This document shows, piece after piece, positions 35,778-46,720 of a stretch of 64,000 bases of DNA. The DNA comes from an uncultured Phycisphaeraceae bacterium (GTDB taxonomy: Bacteria > Planctomycetota > B15-G4 > JADJEK01), in assembly GCA_964649825.1 (NCBI GenBank), contig CAZYQW010000086.1:21027-85026 (forward strand), written 5' to 3'. Within the stretch, counting starts at the first letter, position 1. Each line of letters opens with the position of its first letter. Made by a program: the position numbers and the translations under genes. Under the pieces are notes generated by a model that was not told where the DNA came from, searched no databases, and saw nothing but the letters and a program-made list of their open reading frames with translations.

Positions 35778-38636
35778 TCACGGCGCGTCGAGCACGCCGA
35801 GGAGCCGCCGCGCGCCGCGATGGTCGGGGTCGACCCGGAGCACCTGCTCGACCAGGGTCCTCGCGTGGCGGAGGGCGCCGTCGGCGACGGCGTCCTCCGC
35901 CACCGCCGTCCACGCGTCCAGGTCGTCCGGGTGCTCGGTTCGCCAGCGCCACGTCGCCTCGCGGCGAAGCCCGTCCGCTGGACAGACGCCGCGCACGAAA
36001 CGGAACGTCAACGGGGTCGGCGACGACGCGCGCAAGAGCTGCGCGCACGCGGCGGCGAGTCCGCCGTCCTCGTCGGTCGCGAGCCCCGCGGCGTGGACCA
36101 GGCTAACGTGCGCCAACGGAAAGACCGAGTCGCGCTGGGCGGCCACGAGGAACTCGCGGGCCGCCGCGGCCCGATCGCCGCTCCGGCTGCGACACCACGC
36201 GCGCACGAACGCCATCGTTCCGTCCTCGTTGCTCGCGACGACGCGGTCCAGCGCCGACAGCATCGACTCCCGCGCCTTCCCGAGCAGAAGGACCGAGAGG
36301 GCCGCCGCGGTCGTGTCCCTCCAGTCCCGCGCCACCGACGGCGGAATCCGGAAGAGCGCCTCGGCGAGGCCGTCCTCCATGCCCGCGCTGGCGGTCGCGG
36401 CGAGCCCCGCGAGCGGCACGGCGAGGCGCATCACCGCGTCGAGCTTGGACGGCTCCTCGCCCAACACGCGATGCATCGCCTGCTCCTCGATCACCCGCGA
36501 AGCCTCGGTCACGTTCGCGAGCACGCCGAGCAACGCCCGCAGGATCCCGAGGGCGGACTCGCTCACCCGCGGGTAAGCGTCGACCAGCGCGGCGAGGTTG
36601 CTTCCCTCGACCACGGCCCGGCACCCGAGCTCCACGAACTGCGCCGACGGATCATCCGGGTACAACCGGCGATACTCCCGCGCCGCCTGGAGCGCGCGGG
36701 ACGGATGACCGGTCAACAGCAGCGTCGGCGCGAACATCTCGTTCGCGCGCCGATGACGGGAGTCGGCGGCGAGCGCTCGCTCGAGGTGGAGCCTCGCGGA
36801 CGCGGCGTCGCTCGCGAGCAGGGCGGCCGCGTACTCGGCGTCCGCCGCGTCCAGCCCGCCGCACGCGACGGCGTCCGCGACGAGCTCGAGGTGTCGCGGC
36901 TCGGCCGCGCGCTCCAGGTGCTCCCGCGTATGATCGCCGCGCAGGAGCAGCGTCTTCGCGAGATGGGGTCCGAGCTCGGCCGCCGAGAACCCGGCCAGCT
37001 CATCGATCGCGGCGCGCGCCCGCGCCAGCGCGCCCGCGCCTTCCCACGCCTCGATCTCGGACACGCGGATCCCGATCTCGTCGGCGCAGCCCCGGGCCCG
37101 CGCCTCCGCGTACCGCGCGTGCGCTTCCTCCCAGCGCCCGTAGAGCGCCGCGCGCAGCCCGAGGTTGAAGCTCTCCTCGGCGCTCTTCTGCGCCAGCTCG
37201 TCCCGCGACAGGACCGCGTCCTGCTCGCGAGCCCGCGCGACGTTTCGCTCGCCGCGGATGGCGAAGAGCGCGACGATGACGAGGCCGGTGATCAACGCCA
37301 TCGAGACCGCGGCCGAGACCGCGAGGGGCCGGTTCCGGACCATCCACTTCCGCAGCTCCGCCCACGGGCCCTCCTCGTAGGCGGCGACGACCCGTTGCTC
37401 GAGGAACGCGCGCAGGTCCTCGAGCAGACTGGTCATGCTCGGGTACCGATCGTCCACCCTCCACGCCATCGCCCGTTCGCAGACCGCCACCAGCTCCGCG
37501 GGCGCGTTGCCGGCCTTCGTCGCGAGCGGCGTCGGCGGGCCGCGCCGGGCCAACGCCAGCACGTCGGCCGCCGTCCGAGATTCGCCGCCGTCCAGGTAGG
37601 GCGCGTGGCCCGCGAGCAGCTCGTACAGGATGGCCCCGAACGCGTAGACGTCGGTGGCGGGGCCGATCCGATCGAGGTCGCCCGCGGCCTGTTCCGGCGC
37701 CATGTACGGGGCCGTCCCGACCGCTTCCCCCGGGTCGGTCCGGAGCGGCGAGCCGCGCTCCTCGACCAGAGCGTCGGCCCGCGTCGAGGTGACGCCGGAC
37801 GATGCCGAAGGCGAGCCGTCGGACACGAGCCGCGCGAGGCCCCAGTCCACGACGTACGTCTCTCCGAAGCGCCCGACCATGACGTTCTCCGGTTTGAGGT
37901 CGCGGTGGATCACGCCACGAGAGTGCGCGAACGCGAGCGATTCTCCGGCGCGTAGAAGGACGCCGAGCACCCGGGCTCGATTCCAGCCCTCGACGCCGCT
38001 CCTCGTCTTCGCGAGGACCGCGCGCAGGTCCTCGCCGGAGACGAGCTTCATCGCGTAGAAGACCCGGCCGTCGCGCGTGCCGACGTCGTGGACCGGGACG
38101 ATTCCGGGGTGGTCGAGCTGCGCCGTGACCTGCGCCTCCTCGAGGAATCGCCCGAGGCGGCGTCCGTGCTCGACGTCGCCGGGACGCCCCATCTCGTCGC
38201 TCATCATCTTCAACGCGACGGCGCGCCGGAGGTCGACGTCGAACGCGTGGTACACCTCGCCCATGCCGCCTCGTCCGAGGACCCCGTCGAGCACGTACCG
38301 GGGCTCGCCCGCCGCTCGCGAGCGGACCCGTTCCAGGAGGGCCGCCCACGTCGATGGGTCGCTCGGGTCGCCCTCGACGACCACTCGTCCGGGTTCCCCC
38401 CCGGCCGGCGCGGGCGAGGACGGCGACAGAGCGTCCCACACCAGCCCTTCGTACGCTCCCCAACCCGTCGCCAGCTCGCGGAGCGCCTCGGCATGCTCCG
38501 GGTAGCGGGAGGCCACCGACTCGATCGATCCTTGCTCGCCGCGTTCCCGCGCGGCCAGGTACTCGAGGAACGCGTCCTCGAGCGACGCCCCGTCCGGTCG
38601 ATCACCACCCGAGGCTTCATCCGCTGAAGAACGCAC
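35778..38636 (-). CDS. Ser/Thr protein kinase with a TM helix and a large C-terminal helical/TPR-like region.
   Basis: The kinase motifs read VALKMM, VIHRDLKPENVMV, DWGLAR and GTAPYMAPE. The TM segment reads LAVSAAVSMALITGLVIVALFAI. The start is uncertain. A GTG at 38636 is preferred over ATG 38732, because the interval contains 11-bp tandem repeats that are unlikely to be coding. Confidence 0.75.
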   Translation of the reverse strand: MRSSADEASGGDRPDGASLEDAFLEYLAARERGEQGSIESVASRYPEHAEALRELATGWGAYEGLVWDALSPSSPAPAGGEPGRVVVEGDPSDPSTWAALLERVRSRAAGEPRYVLDGVLGRGGMGEVYHAFDVDLRRAVALKMMSDEMGRPGDVEHGRRLGRFLEEAQVTAQLDHPGIVPVHDVGTRDGRVFYAMKLVSGEDLRAVLAKTRSGVEGWNRARVLGVLLRAGESLAFAHSRGVIHRDLKPENVMVGRFGETYVVDWGLARLVSDGSPSASSGVTSTRADALVEERGSPLRTDPGEAVGTAPYMAPEQAAGDLDRIGPATDVYAFGAILYELLAGHAPYLDGGESRTAADVLALARRGPPTPLATKAGNAPAELVAVCERAMAWRVDDRYPSMTSLLEDLRAFLEQRVVAAYEEGPWAELRKWMVRNRPLAVSAAVSMALITGLVIVALFAIRGERNVARAREQDAVLSRDELAQKSAEESFNLGLRAALYGRWEEAHARYAEARARGCADEIGIRVSEIEAWEGAGALARARAAIDELAGFSAAELGPHLAKTLLLRGDHTREHLERAAEPRHLELVADAVACGGLDAADAEYAAALLASDAASARLHLERALAADSRHRRANEMFAPTLLLTGHPSRALQAAREYRRLYPDDPSAQFVELGCRAVVEGSNLAALVDAYPRVSESALGILRALLGVLANVTEASRVIEEQAMHRVLGEEPSKLDAVMRLAVPLAGLAATASAGMEDGLAEALFRIPPSVARDWRDTTAAALSVLLLGKARESMLSALDRVVASNEDGTMAFVRAWCRSRSGDRAAAAREFLVAAQRDSVFPLAHVSLVHAAGLATDEDGGLAAACAQLLRASSPTPLTFRFVRGVCPADGLRREATWRWRTEHPDDLDAWTAVAEDAVADGALRHARTLVEQVLRVDPDHRGARRLLGVLDAP

Positions 38637-38649
38637 GGGACCTCCTCCT

Positions 38650-38681
38650 CCGCTCGAGTTTCCGCTCGAGTTCCGCTCGGC
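38650..38681. repeat. Tandem 11-bp direct repeat (CCGCTCGAGTT x2 plus a partial copy) in the divergent region between the kinase and ECF sigma genes.
   Basis: The sequence was read directly as tCCGCTCGAGTTtCCGCTCGAGTTCCGCTCGG. The unit length is not a multiple of 3. Confidence 0.4.
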
Positions 38682-38872
38682 GTGCCGCCGCGAGCGACCG
38701 ACCCTCCGCCGAGAAACTCTGGCAGAATCCACGTCCGGTGCGCCGCGCCGCCACGTTCATTGGGGGCAGGACGCGTCCGACGGCTTCGAGACCGCGGAAA
38801 GGAGCGCGCGTGCCCGGCCAGGATCCTACCCCTTCACCCGCCGAGCGGCATGAAACCCCTTCTCGCGACCGC

Positions 38873-39511
38873 ATGGAGACCGACGAGTTCCTCGGTCTCT
38901 TCCAGCGCGCGAAAGAGGGCGACCTCGACGCCTTCGAGCGGATCTTCGAGCGGTGCTACAACACGGTCCTCGCGATCGTTCGCCGCCGGCTGGGGGCGCG
39001 GATGCGCGAGGTCGTCGAGTCCGGCGACGTGCTCAACGACGTCATGGTGCGGGCGATCCAGAACTTCTCCGGCTTCGACGTCGGCAACCGGACCGAGCTG
39101 CTCGCGCTCTTCGTGCACATGGTCAAACAGGGGATCACGGACGCCGCCCGCTACCACGGGGCGCAGAAGCGAGACCGCGACCGCGTGCGCGCGCTCCGGC
39201 ACGTCACCGAGTCGATCGCCAGCGGCCGCCTCGTCCTCGAGCCGGCCGCGGACGCGCCCGCCATCCTCGACCACCTCTCGCGCGAAGAGGAGAAGGAGAT
39301 CGCGAAGCAGTGCCTCGCCGAGCTCGACCCGACCGACCGGGCCGCGATCGAGTCCCGCACGATCCACGCGGACGCGAGCTGGGACGAGATGGCCGCGCTC
39401 CTCGGTGCGCCGAGCGCGGACGCCGCCCGTCATCGAGTCCAACGCGCCATGATCGCGCTGAAGAAGCGCTACGACCGAGCGAGGGGCGGCGATCGTCCTT
39501 CGGATTCTTGA
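38873..39511 (+). CDS. ECF sigma factor, Ser/Thr-kinase-associated type (second copy).
   Basis: The ORF starts METDEFLGLFQRAKEGDLDAFERIFERCYNTVLAIVRRRL and has a C-terminal region 4 (LDPTDRAAIESRTIHADASWDEMAALLG). It is divergent from the kinase at 35778. Confidence 0.7.
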   Translation: METDEFLGLFQRAKEGDLDAFERIFERCYNTVLAIVRRRLGARMREVVESGDVLNDVMVRAIQNFSGFDVGNRTELLALFVHMVKQGITDAARYHGAQKRDRDRVRALRHVTESIASGRLVLEPAADAPAILDHLSREEEKEIAKQCLAELDPTDRAAIESRTIHADASWDEMAALLGAPSADAARHRVQRAMIALKKRYDRARGGDRPSDS

Positions 39512-39535
39512 TTCGTGTTTCCAGAGGAGAGACCC

Positions 39536-39907
39536 ATGAAGCGCTTTCTGACCCTAGCGATGCTCGCGATCCTCGTTGGCAGTGCCACCGGATCGATGTC
39601 GTTCTTTCGGCCCGGTGGAAACGCCGGGACCAGCTCGCCACCCAACGGTGTCTACAGTGGCAAGGTCCACGTCCGCGGCCAGTCCTACTACGTCGTCGGT
39701 CACGTGAAGATCCAGGGGATCGACTCGCTCGTCCCGGGAACGCTCTGCATCTCGTTCGACGAGGCATCACTCGATCCCATGGAGAAGGCTACGCTCGAGC
39801 GCGCGACGTTGCCCGGCTCCGGGTACGAGAACGTCGAGGTGGGCATCGCCCCCGAACCGGGCATGCCCGGCACGCCGACGGTTCGCTGGGTCGATCCGTT
39901 GCCGTAG
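39536..39907 (+). CDS. Small secreted hypothetical protein.
   Basis: A GGAGAG ribosome-binding site lies 5 nt before the ATG. The signal peptide reads MKRFLTLAMLAILVGSATG. It sits immediately downstream of the ECF sigma gene. Confidence 0.5.
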   Translation: MKRFLTLAMLAILVGSATGSMSFFRPGGNAGTSSPPNGVYSGKVHVRGQSYYVVGHVKIQGIDSLVPGTLCISFDEASLDPMEKATLERATLPGSGYENVEVGIAPEPGMPGTPTVRWVDPLP

Positions 39908-39945
39908 ATCGAAGCGCACGGCATCCAGGACGCTACGCTGTCGCC

Positions 39946-40707
39946 ATGCCCGAACTCCGTTCGCCGCGCCCCGTCTACCTGCCGCGTCTGCTCTCCAAGT
40001 ATGGATTCTGCTCGCGGAAGGAGGCGGAGCGGCTCGTCATCGACGGGCGCGTGGCGGTGAACGGCGTCACGCGCCGCAACGTCCTGTTCGAGGTGCGGCC
40101 GGGCCGAGATCGAGTCACCGTCGACGGTGCGGCGATCGCGCCGGCCGCGCCCATCGTCGTGAAGATGCACAAGCCGGTCGGCGTCGTGACGACCATGAAG
40201 GACGAACGCGGGCGCGCATCGGTGAAGGACCTCCTCCCGCCGGACCTCGCCGGGGTGATGCCGATGGGAAGGCTCGACCGCGACACGTCCGGGCTGCTCC
40301 TCCTCGGCAACGACCACGACCTGGCCAACCTCGTGGTCGGCGATCGATCCCGCGTCGAGAAGCTCTACCGCGTCACCGTGGCCGGTGCCCTCGACGACTC
40401 CCGGCTCGCACCGCTGCGTCGCGGAATCACCCTCGACGGCGAGCGCTGTCGTCCGGCGCGGGTTCGCGTCCAGCGCGTCGTGGACGGCGCCGTGGTGGTC
40501 GAGGTCGTGCTCGTCGAGGGGAAGAACCGCCAGATCCGACGATCGTTCGCGGCGCTCGGGCTCGAGGTCGTCCAGCTCGAGCGCCTCGCGGTCGGTCCCG
40601 TGGCCCTTGGAGACCTCGCGCCGGGCGAGGTCTGCCGCCTCGCCGCCGCGGAGCTCGCGGCGCTCCGCCTCGCCGCCGCGGCGGAGCGCGGACGAGACCG
40701 CGAGTAG
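39946..40707 (+). CDS. Pseudouridine synthase (RsuA/RluB family, S4 domain plus PseudoU_synth_2).
   Basis: The catalytic Asp loop reads GRLDRDTSGLLLL. The N-terminal S4 motif reads LLSKYGFCSRKEAERLVIDGRVAVNG. Confidence 0.8.
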   Translation: MPELRSPRPVYLPRLLSKYGFCSRKEAERLVIDGRVAVNGVTRRNVLFEVRPGRDRVTVDGAAIAPAAPIVVKMHKPVGVVTTMKDERGRASVKDLLPPDLAGVMPMGRLDRDTSGLLLLGNDHDLANLVVGDRSRVEKLYRVTVAGALDDSRLAPLRRGITLDGERCRPARVRVQRVVDGAVVVEVVLVEGKNRQIRRSFAALGLEVVQLERLAVGPVALGDLAPGEVCRLAAAELAALRLAAAAERGRDRE

Positions 40708-40789
40708 GGCGGTCGTTCCGAGCCCGACGTCCACCGCCTCGATCTCGACGCCGGGTTCGAGCGAGCGCGGACCCGACCGCCGAATCCCC

Positions 40790-41227
40790 CTACGCGCGTC
40801 CCGCGAACTGCTCGACCCGCGCAACGTACCGCGGGAACAGATCGAGCGCGGAGCGAACCGAGTGGAGCACGATCTGGTCGTCGATGCGATCGTACTCGTG
40901 GACGAGTCGGTTGCGTAGGCCGGCGGACGGCGCGAGAGACCGCGCGAGGCTCTCGTCGAGCACTCCGATGCCGGCGAGTGCAATGAAGCTCGTGAAGAGA
41001 TCGTCGGGCGCGACCGCTCCGGAGGCAACCAACATGTGGGCATTCAGGTCGACCGCCGCGTCCACGATCTCCTGGAGCAGGCGCTCCGTCGCCTTGCGTC
41101 GATACACGTCCGCGGCGTACGCCTCGACGGAGAGCTCCTTCATCGGCTCGAGCAGGCGGAGGTTCTGCGTGATCCTCTCCAGCTTGCGAAGAACGATGTC
41201 CTGCTCCAGGGGAGACATCTCGCTCAT
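40790..41227 (-). CDS. HepT-like (DUF86) toxin of a HepT/MntA toxin-antitoxin pair.
   Basis: The C-terminal Rx4HxY motif reads RNRLVHEYDRID. The 145-aa ORF overlaps the upstream nucleotidyltransferase gene by 4 nt. Confidence 0.75.
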   Translation of the reverse strand: MSEMSPLEQDIVLRKLERITQNLRLLEPMKELSVEAYAADVYRRKATERLLQEIVDAAVDLNAHMLVASGAVAPDDLFTSFIALAGIGVLDESLARSLAPSAGLRNRLVHEYDRIDDQIVLHSVRSALDLFPRYVARVEQFAGRA

Positions 41228-41652
41228 GTCCGAGGCGCGGGGTCGAGCCCGCGATCGGCCAGGTACTTTCGAATCCCCCGATGACGCGACGCACGGAGCT
41301 TCGACGTGTCGTTGTACCGCCGGAGCGCGAGGCTCGCGAACGAGGCGAACGCTCCCGCCTCGGACTCGTGCAGCGCGATTCCGTAGCGGGCGATCGCCAT
41401 CGCCAGCAGCGGAGTCGTGCGGCGGACGTCGACCACGTCGACCCGCCCGCTTCCGAGTCGGTGCATGATCTCGGCCTCCAGCTCGGCGACGTCGCCGTCC
41501 ACGAGAACCGCGAGGTCGACGTCGCTGTCCGCCCGCGCCGTCCCCTTCGCGTGGGATCCGAACAAGACGATCAAGCCGACCTCGGGACGATCGAAGATCG
41601 GTGACAGACGACGCCGGATGTCGTCCTTGCTGATCGGAGGCTTCGTCGGCAT
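41224..41652 (-). CDS. MntA-like minimal nucleotidyltransferase antitoxin.
   Basis: The nucleotidyltransferase motif reads LFGSHAKGTARADSDVDLAVLV (GSx9-13DxD). Confidence 0.8.
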   Translation of the reverse strand: MPTKPPISKDDIRRRLSPIFDRPEVGLIVLFGSHAKGTARADSDVDLAVLVDGDVAELEAEIMHRLGSGRVDVVDVRRTTPLLAMAIARYGIALHESEAGAFASFASLALRRYNDTSKLRASRHRGIRKYLADRGLDPAPRT

Positions 41653-41811
41653 GGTGCGTCCGATGGTAGCTGGCGCGGGTCGTGGCGGGAAGTCTCGGGC
41701 GGCGGAGGGGACGGCGCGAGGCGGCCCAAGGCGTACGGAGTGCGGGCGCGGCCGGCGATCGGTCTCGCCGAACTCGACTCGGGACCGGCGCCGTTCGCGA
41801 AACGGCGACGC

Positions 41812-41823
41812 GGGGGGGGGGGG
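41812..41823. repeat. Homopolymeric G12 tract.
   Basis: It was read directly as cGGGGGGGGGGGGc, in ORF-poor DNA upstream of the TA pair. Confidence 0.6.
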
Positions 41824-42620
41824 CGCGCGAAGAACGAAGACTGGGCGCGACGGGCAGCGTCGTCGGCCGGCACGCGCGCCGCTCGACATCCGCGACGATG
41901 CTCCTGCCGCTCGGGACCGCACCGCAGACCGCGATGCCGATCCTGCGACACGTGACAGCGAGATGACGATGACGCGCGACGTTCGGACGCGGATCGACGC
42001 CACAGGTCTCGCCGTCGACCCTCGAGCGCGCCCGACGGAGCGGCCACGAGCACGCCGGCGCTCGTGACGCGCAAGTCGGCCTTTCGAGCCGCCGTTCAGG
42101 AGACGAGCAGCTCGAAGATCGCGTGCGGCGACGTCGCCGCGTCGAACGGCGCGCGCGCGTAGTCACCGCGGACTGCCGTGACGCAAAACCCGGAGTCGGC
42201 CGCGTAGGGCGACGTCGTCGTCGTGGGGCTCTCGTCCACGACCGCGCACGCGCCGATCGACTTCTACTCGGGGACGCTGCTCCTCGGCGGGTCGATCGAT
42301 TTCGCGATGCTCGCGGTGATCGGCGTCACGAGCAACGACTGATCGACTCCCGTCTTCATCGTCGATCTCGGGCCCGGAGTGCAGAGCCGGACCGTCCACC
42401 TGAAGACGTTCCACCTCGGGCCGAGCCCGGCGGCAGCGATCGCTCCGTTCTCGGAGGGAATCCTGCTCGACGACTCGTTCTGACGAGCGAACGCGCTCAG
42501 CGCAACGCGAGCGTGATCGGTCCCAACGGGAGCGCACGGGCGCTCCCGCTGCCGAGCAGCTCGCTCGTCTGCTCCACGACCGCCCTCTGAACGACCGCAG
42601 CGGCAAGTCTCGCGCCGAGA

Positions 42621-44078
42621 TCAAAACCCGCTCAACTGCGTCGTCGCCTCCATCAACCCGGCGATCGCCGTCATCGCGGCCGGCGACAGCGTCCCCGTCA
42701 GGAACGCCGGGAACAAGTCGACGGCCTCCTGGTCGTCGAGCGGCAGGTAGTACGCTTCCTCGACGTACGCGCCGCCGATCGAGCGGCGGTGGTACGTGTA
42801 CGCGCCGTCCGTCATGCATCGCAGGTGGAGGTCCTTCGCGGGCGCCGCGGTCGGACTCGGCTCGTACGGCCCTTTCGGTTTGAACCGCTGGCTGAACGCG
42901 AACGGACGTCCCGACGGCGCGGCCGGATCCATGATGAGGTGCATGAAGCTCACGCTGTCCGACGGTCCCGCGAGGGTGACGAGGCCCGCGTCCGCGCCGG
43001 TGACCGCCGCCACCGTGGCCCATACGTCGGCGCCGCTCACGAGCTGACCGCACGTGCTGCCTGGGTGGTTCACGAGGGGACCCGTCACGACCATCGGGAC
43101 GCGGACGCCGAGTCGATGGACCGACCCCTTGGCGTGCGTCGGATCGAACGGCGCCTCGACGAGCTCCATCGGCGTGCCGTTGTCCGCGAGCACGATGATC
43201 ATCGTCTGTTCCCGCACCGCCGGAGCGATGCCCGCGATGAGGCGGCCGAGCTCGGTGTCCGTTGCTTCGATCATCCAGTCGTACGCGGAGACGGCGGACG
43301 GTCCGTCGCCGAGGTCGTCCCCGGGCGCGTAGCCGGCCGCCGTGATCTGCTCCGCGGTCGCGGGCGAGACCGTCGTGAGCGGCGGGACCTGCCACGGGGC
43401 GTGCGGCGGGTTGAAACCGACGTACGCGAAGAACGGCCGGGGCTGGGCGTTGATCCAGGTCAACGCGTCGCTCCGCACCACGCTCGCGCTGAACGTCGTC
43501 TCGTCGAACGGGCCGTCCACGCTGCCGACGTGCTTTTTCTTGGTACCCGAGGCGTCGCTCGCGACCTTGGCCCAGGAATAGTGGTTCGATACGTTCCCCA
43601 TCGGTCCCACGAAGCGCTCGTACCCGTTCGAGATCGGGTGCATTCGGTTGGACTTCCTCGTCAGATGCCACTTCCCGAACGCGCCGCGCGCGTAGACCGG
43701 CGCCGGCGCGACGAAGCCGTCCCTCAGCAGCTCGGCGATCGTCGCTTCCTTCGACGGAAGGGACAACTCGGACCCGGGGTTGGCACCCATCCCCGTGCGG
43801 AACGCGTAGCGGCCGGTCTGCACGAGGGCTCGGGTCGGTCCGCAGAGCGGGTTGACGTACGCGTTCGTGAACAGCACGCCCGACTCGCGCAGCGCGTCGA
43901 ACGTCGGCGTGGGCGGAAACGAGACGCCCTGACCGTACGCCTTCAGCTTCTCGGTCCCGACGTCGTCCAGGAGCACGACGAGCACGTTCGGCCCGTCGGT
44001 CGCGCTCCTCTGCGCATCGGCGGCGGACGAACCCGCGACGACGACCACCGCCCAGAGAATCCCCAGTCGATGCAACAC
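42621..44078 (-). CDS. Arylsulfatase (formylglycine-dependent sulfatase).
   Basis: The active-site CxPxR reads NPLCGPTRALVQTGRY. An AGGAGG site sits 6 nt before the GTG at 44078. The signal peptide reads LHRLGILWAVVVVAGSSAADA. Confidence 0.8.
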   Translation of the reverse strand: MLHRLGILWAVVVVAGSSAADAQRSATDGPNVLVVLLDDVGTEKLKAYGQGVSFPPTPTFDALRESGVLFTNAYVNPLCGPTRALVQTGRYAFRTGMGANPGSELSLPSKEATIAELLRDGFVAPAPVYARGAFGKWHLTRKSNRMHPISNGYERFVGPMGNVSNHYSWAKVASDASGTKKKHVGSVDGPFDETTFSASVVRSDALTWINAQPRPFFAYVGFNPPHAPWQVPPLTTVSPATAEQITAAGYAPGDDLGDGPSAVSAYDWMIEATDTELGRLIAGIAPAVREQTMIIVLADNGTPMELVEAPFDPTHAKGSVHRLGVRVPMVVTGPLVNHPGSTCGQLVSGADVWATVAAVTGADAGLVTLAGPSDSVSFMHLIMDPAAPSGRPFAFSQRFKPKGPYEPSPTAAPAKDLHLRCMTDGAYTYHRRSIGGAYVEEAYYLPLDDQEAVDLFPAFLTGTLSPAAMTAIAGLMEATTQLSGF

Positions 44079-44346
44079 CCGTACCTCCTGCCCGCTCGCG
44101 AGCCTGCGCGCCGGACCAAGCTCAGCGGCGCCGGCCTCCGATTCTCGCGCGCCGCGGCCCGAGCGGCAACGGACGCGTGGCTCCGTTCCTTCTCGACGAC
44201 CGACTCGACTCGCGAGGAAGCTCCAGGAGACACCGATGCAATCGAGGCGATCGGGGCCGACCACGACCTGGGTGACGACACCGAACGGCCGGGCCGCGGC
44301 CGAGCGGGAAGACGCCCCGCGGACCCCGCGCGGCGCCGGCCTCGGG

Positions 44347-44748
44347 CTACGCGGTCTTGCGGGCGAGCGTCAGCGCAGCGACGTGCTTGCGCACTACTTC
44401 GACGAGCTGCTTCGGCTCGAACGGCTTGCGCATGTACTCGTCGGCGTTGCGATCTCGCGAACCTCGCTCTCCGCGGTTCATCTCCCGCGCGCTGAAGATC
44501 ACGACCGGGGTGTCGCGCGTCGCGTCATCCGTCTTCAGCCGCTCGAGGGTTTCCCACCCGTCGAGGCCCGGCATCATGATGTCGAGCAGGATGACGTGCG
44601 GGCGGCACTCCCGCGCGCGCTGGATTCCATCCTCGCCGCTCGCCGCGGTGATCACCTCGAGCCCGTCGGCCTGAAGCACCATCGCGGTCGATTCCACGAT
44701 CCAAGGGTCGTCGTCGATCACCAAGACTCGGGCGTTGGGCAGCGCCAT
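44347..44748 (-). CDS. Single-domain response regulator (CheY-like receiver).
   Basis: A GGAGGAAGC site precedes ATG 44748. The receiver motifs read RVLVIDDDPW (acid pocket) and HVILLDIMMPGLDG (phospho-Asp). The track N-terminal extension is discarded. Confidence 0.75.
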   Translation of the reverse strand: MALPNARVLVIDDDPWIVESTAMVLQADGLEVITAASGEDGIQRARECRPHVILLDIMMPGLDGWETLERLKTDDATRDTPVVIFSAREMNRGERGSRDRNADEYMRKPFEPKQLVEVVRKHVAALTLARKTA

Positions 44749-44990
44749 GCTTCCTCCGTTGTCGTCACACGCGGGTGTTCCGGATCCCTGAACATGGCCG
44801 ATGGTATCACCTGAGCCCGAACCGAAGATGAATCGACTGCTACCCTTTTTCGGCTGCGCGACGCCGATCGGGCCGTTCGGCCCGCATCCTGCGCCCCGCG
44901 CGATCTCGCTCGATGCACTCAACGTTTTCTCGGACAACGACTTCGAGTCGCCTCACTCGAGCCCGAGAGCGATCGTCCTGAACCTCTTTT

Positions 44991-46280
<1,290 letters not shown>

Positions 46281-46464
46281 CGATCATCCTCCGTCGACGT
46301 CACCCGAACATCATCCCGGACGATTCACGCCCGTCCCGCGAGAAACGGAGCGGCGCGGGAGCACAACCCCTTACTTGGACCGACAGACCCATTGCAAGGA
46401 TTTGGAGCGAGCTTCCCTCGCGGAGTGATCGTCGTCGAGATCCAGGAGTGAGGAGGAGATCGAC

Positions 46465-46550
46465 CCGGGTGGGTTCTCGACGACGAACGACGCAGAGATC
46501 GGCGACGAGCACCCGCCAGGCGCGGGACGGGCGGGAATCGTTCGGGATCA
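46465..46550. repeat. Copy B of the conserved ~80-nt non-coding element (GGGTTCTCGACGACGAACGACGCAGAGATCGGCGACGAGCACCCGCCAGGCG...), upstream of the gene at 46721.
   Basis: It aligns, by eye, at roughly 90% identity with 23055-23140. Confidence 0.5.
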
Positions 46551-46720
46551 TAGGTCCGTTCGCCGCGCAACTCAGCACGACGCGAAGTGGTCGCCGCGAC
46601 AACCACGCGAGGCGCGGGAGAACGCCGTCGCGGAAGGAGACCCGGCGGCGAATCGGCCTGCTATGCTGCGCGCGAACGAGAGCGGACCAGCCCACAACCG
46701 TCCCGCGAAGGAGGAATACC

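Noticed and set aside
35625-37955. 776-aa plus-strand ORF and 37000-38463 minus-strand ORF.
   Set aside because: Antisense or alternate frames of the second Ser/Thr kinase gene.
42163-43671. 502-aa minus-strand ORF and 42789-44495 plus-strand ORF.
   Set aside because: They overlap the arylsulfatase gene in the wrong frame or strand. The sulfatase frame has the CxPxR active site, a ribosome-binding site and a signal peptide.
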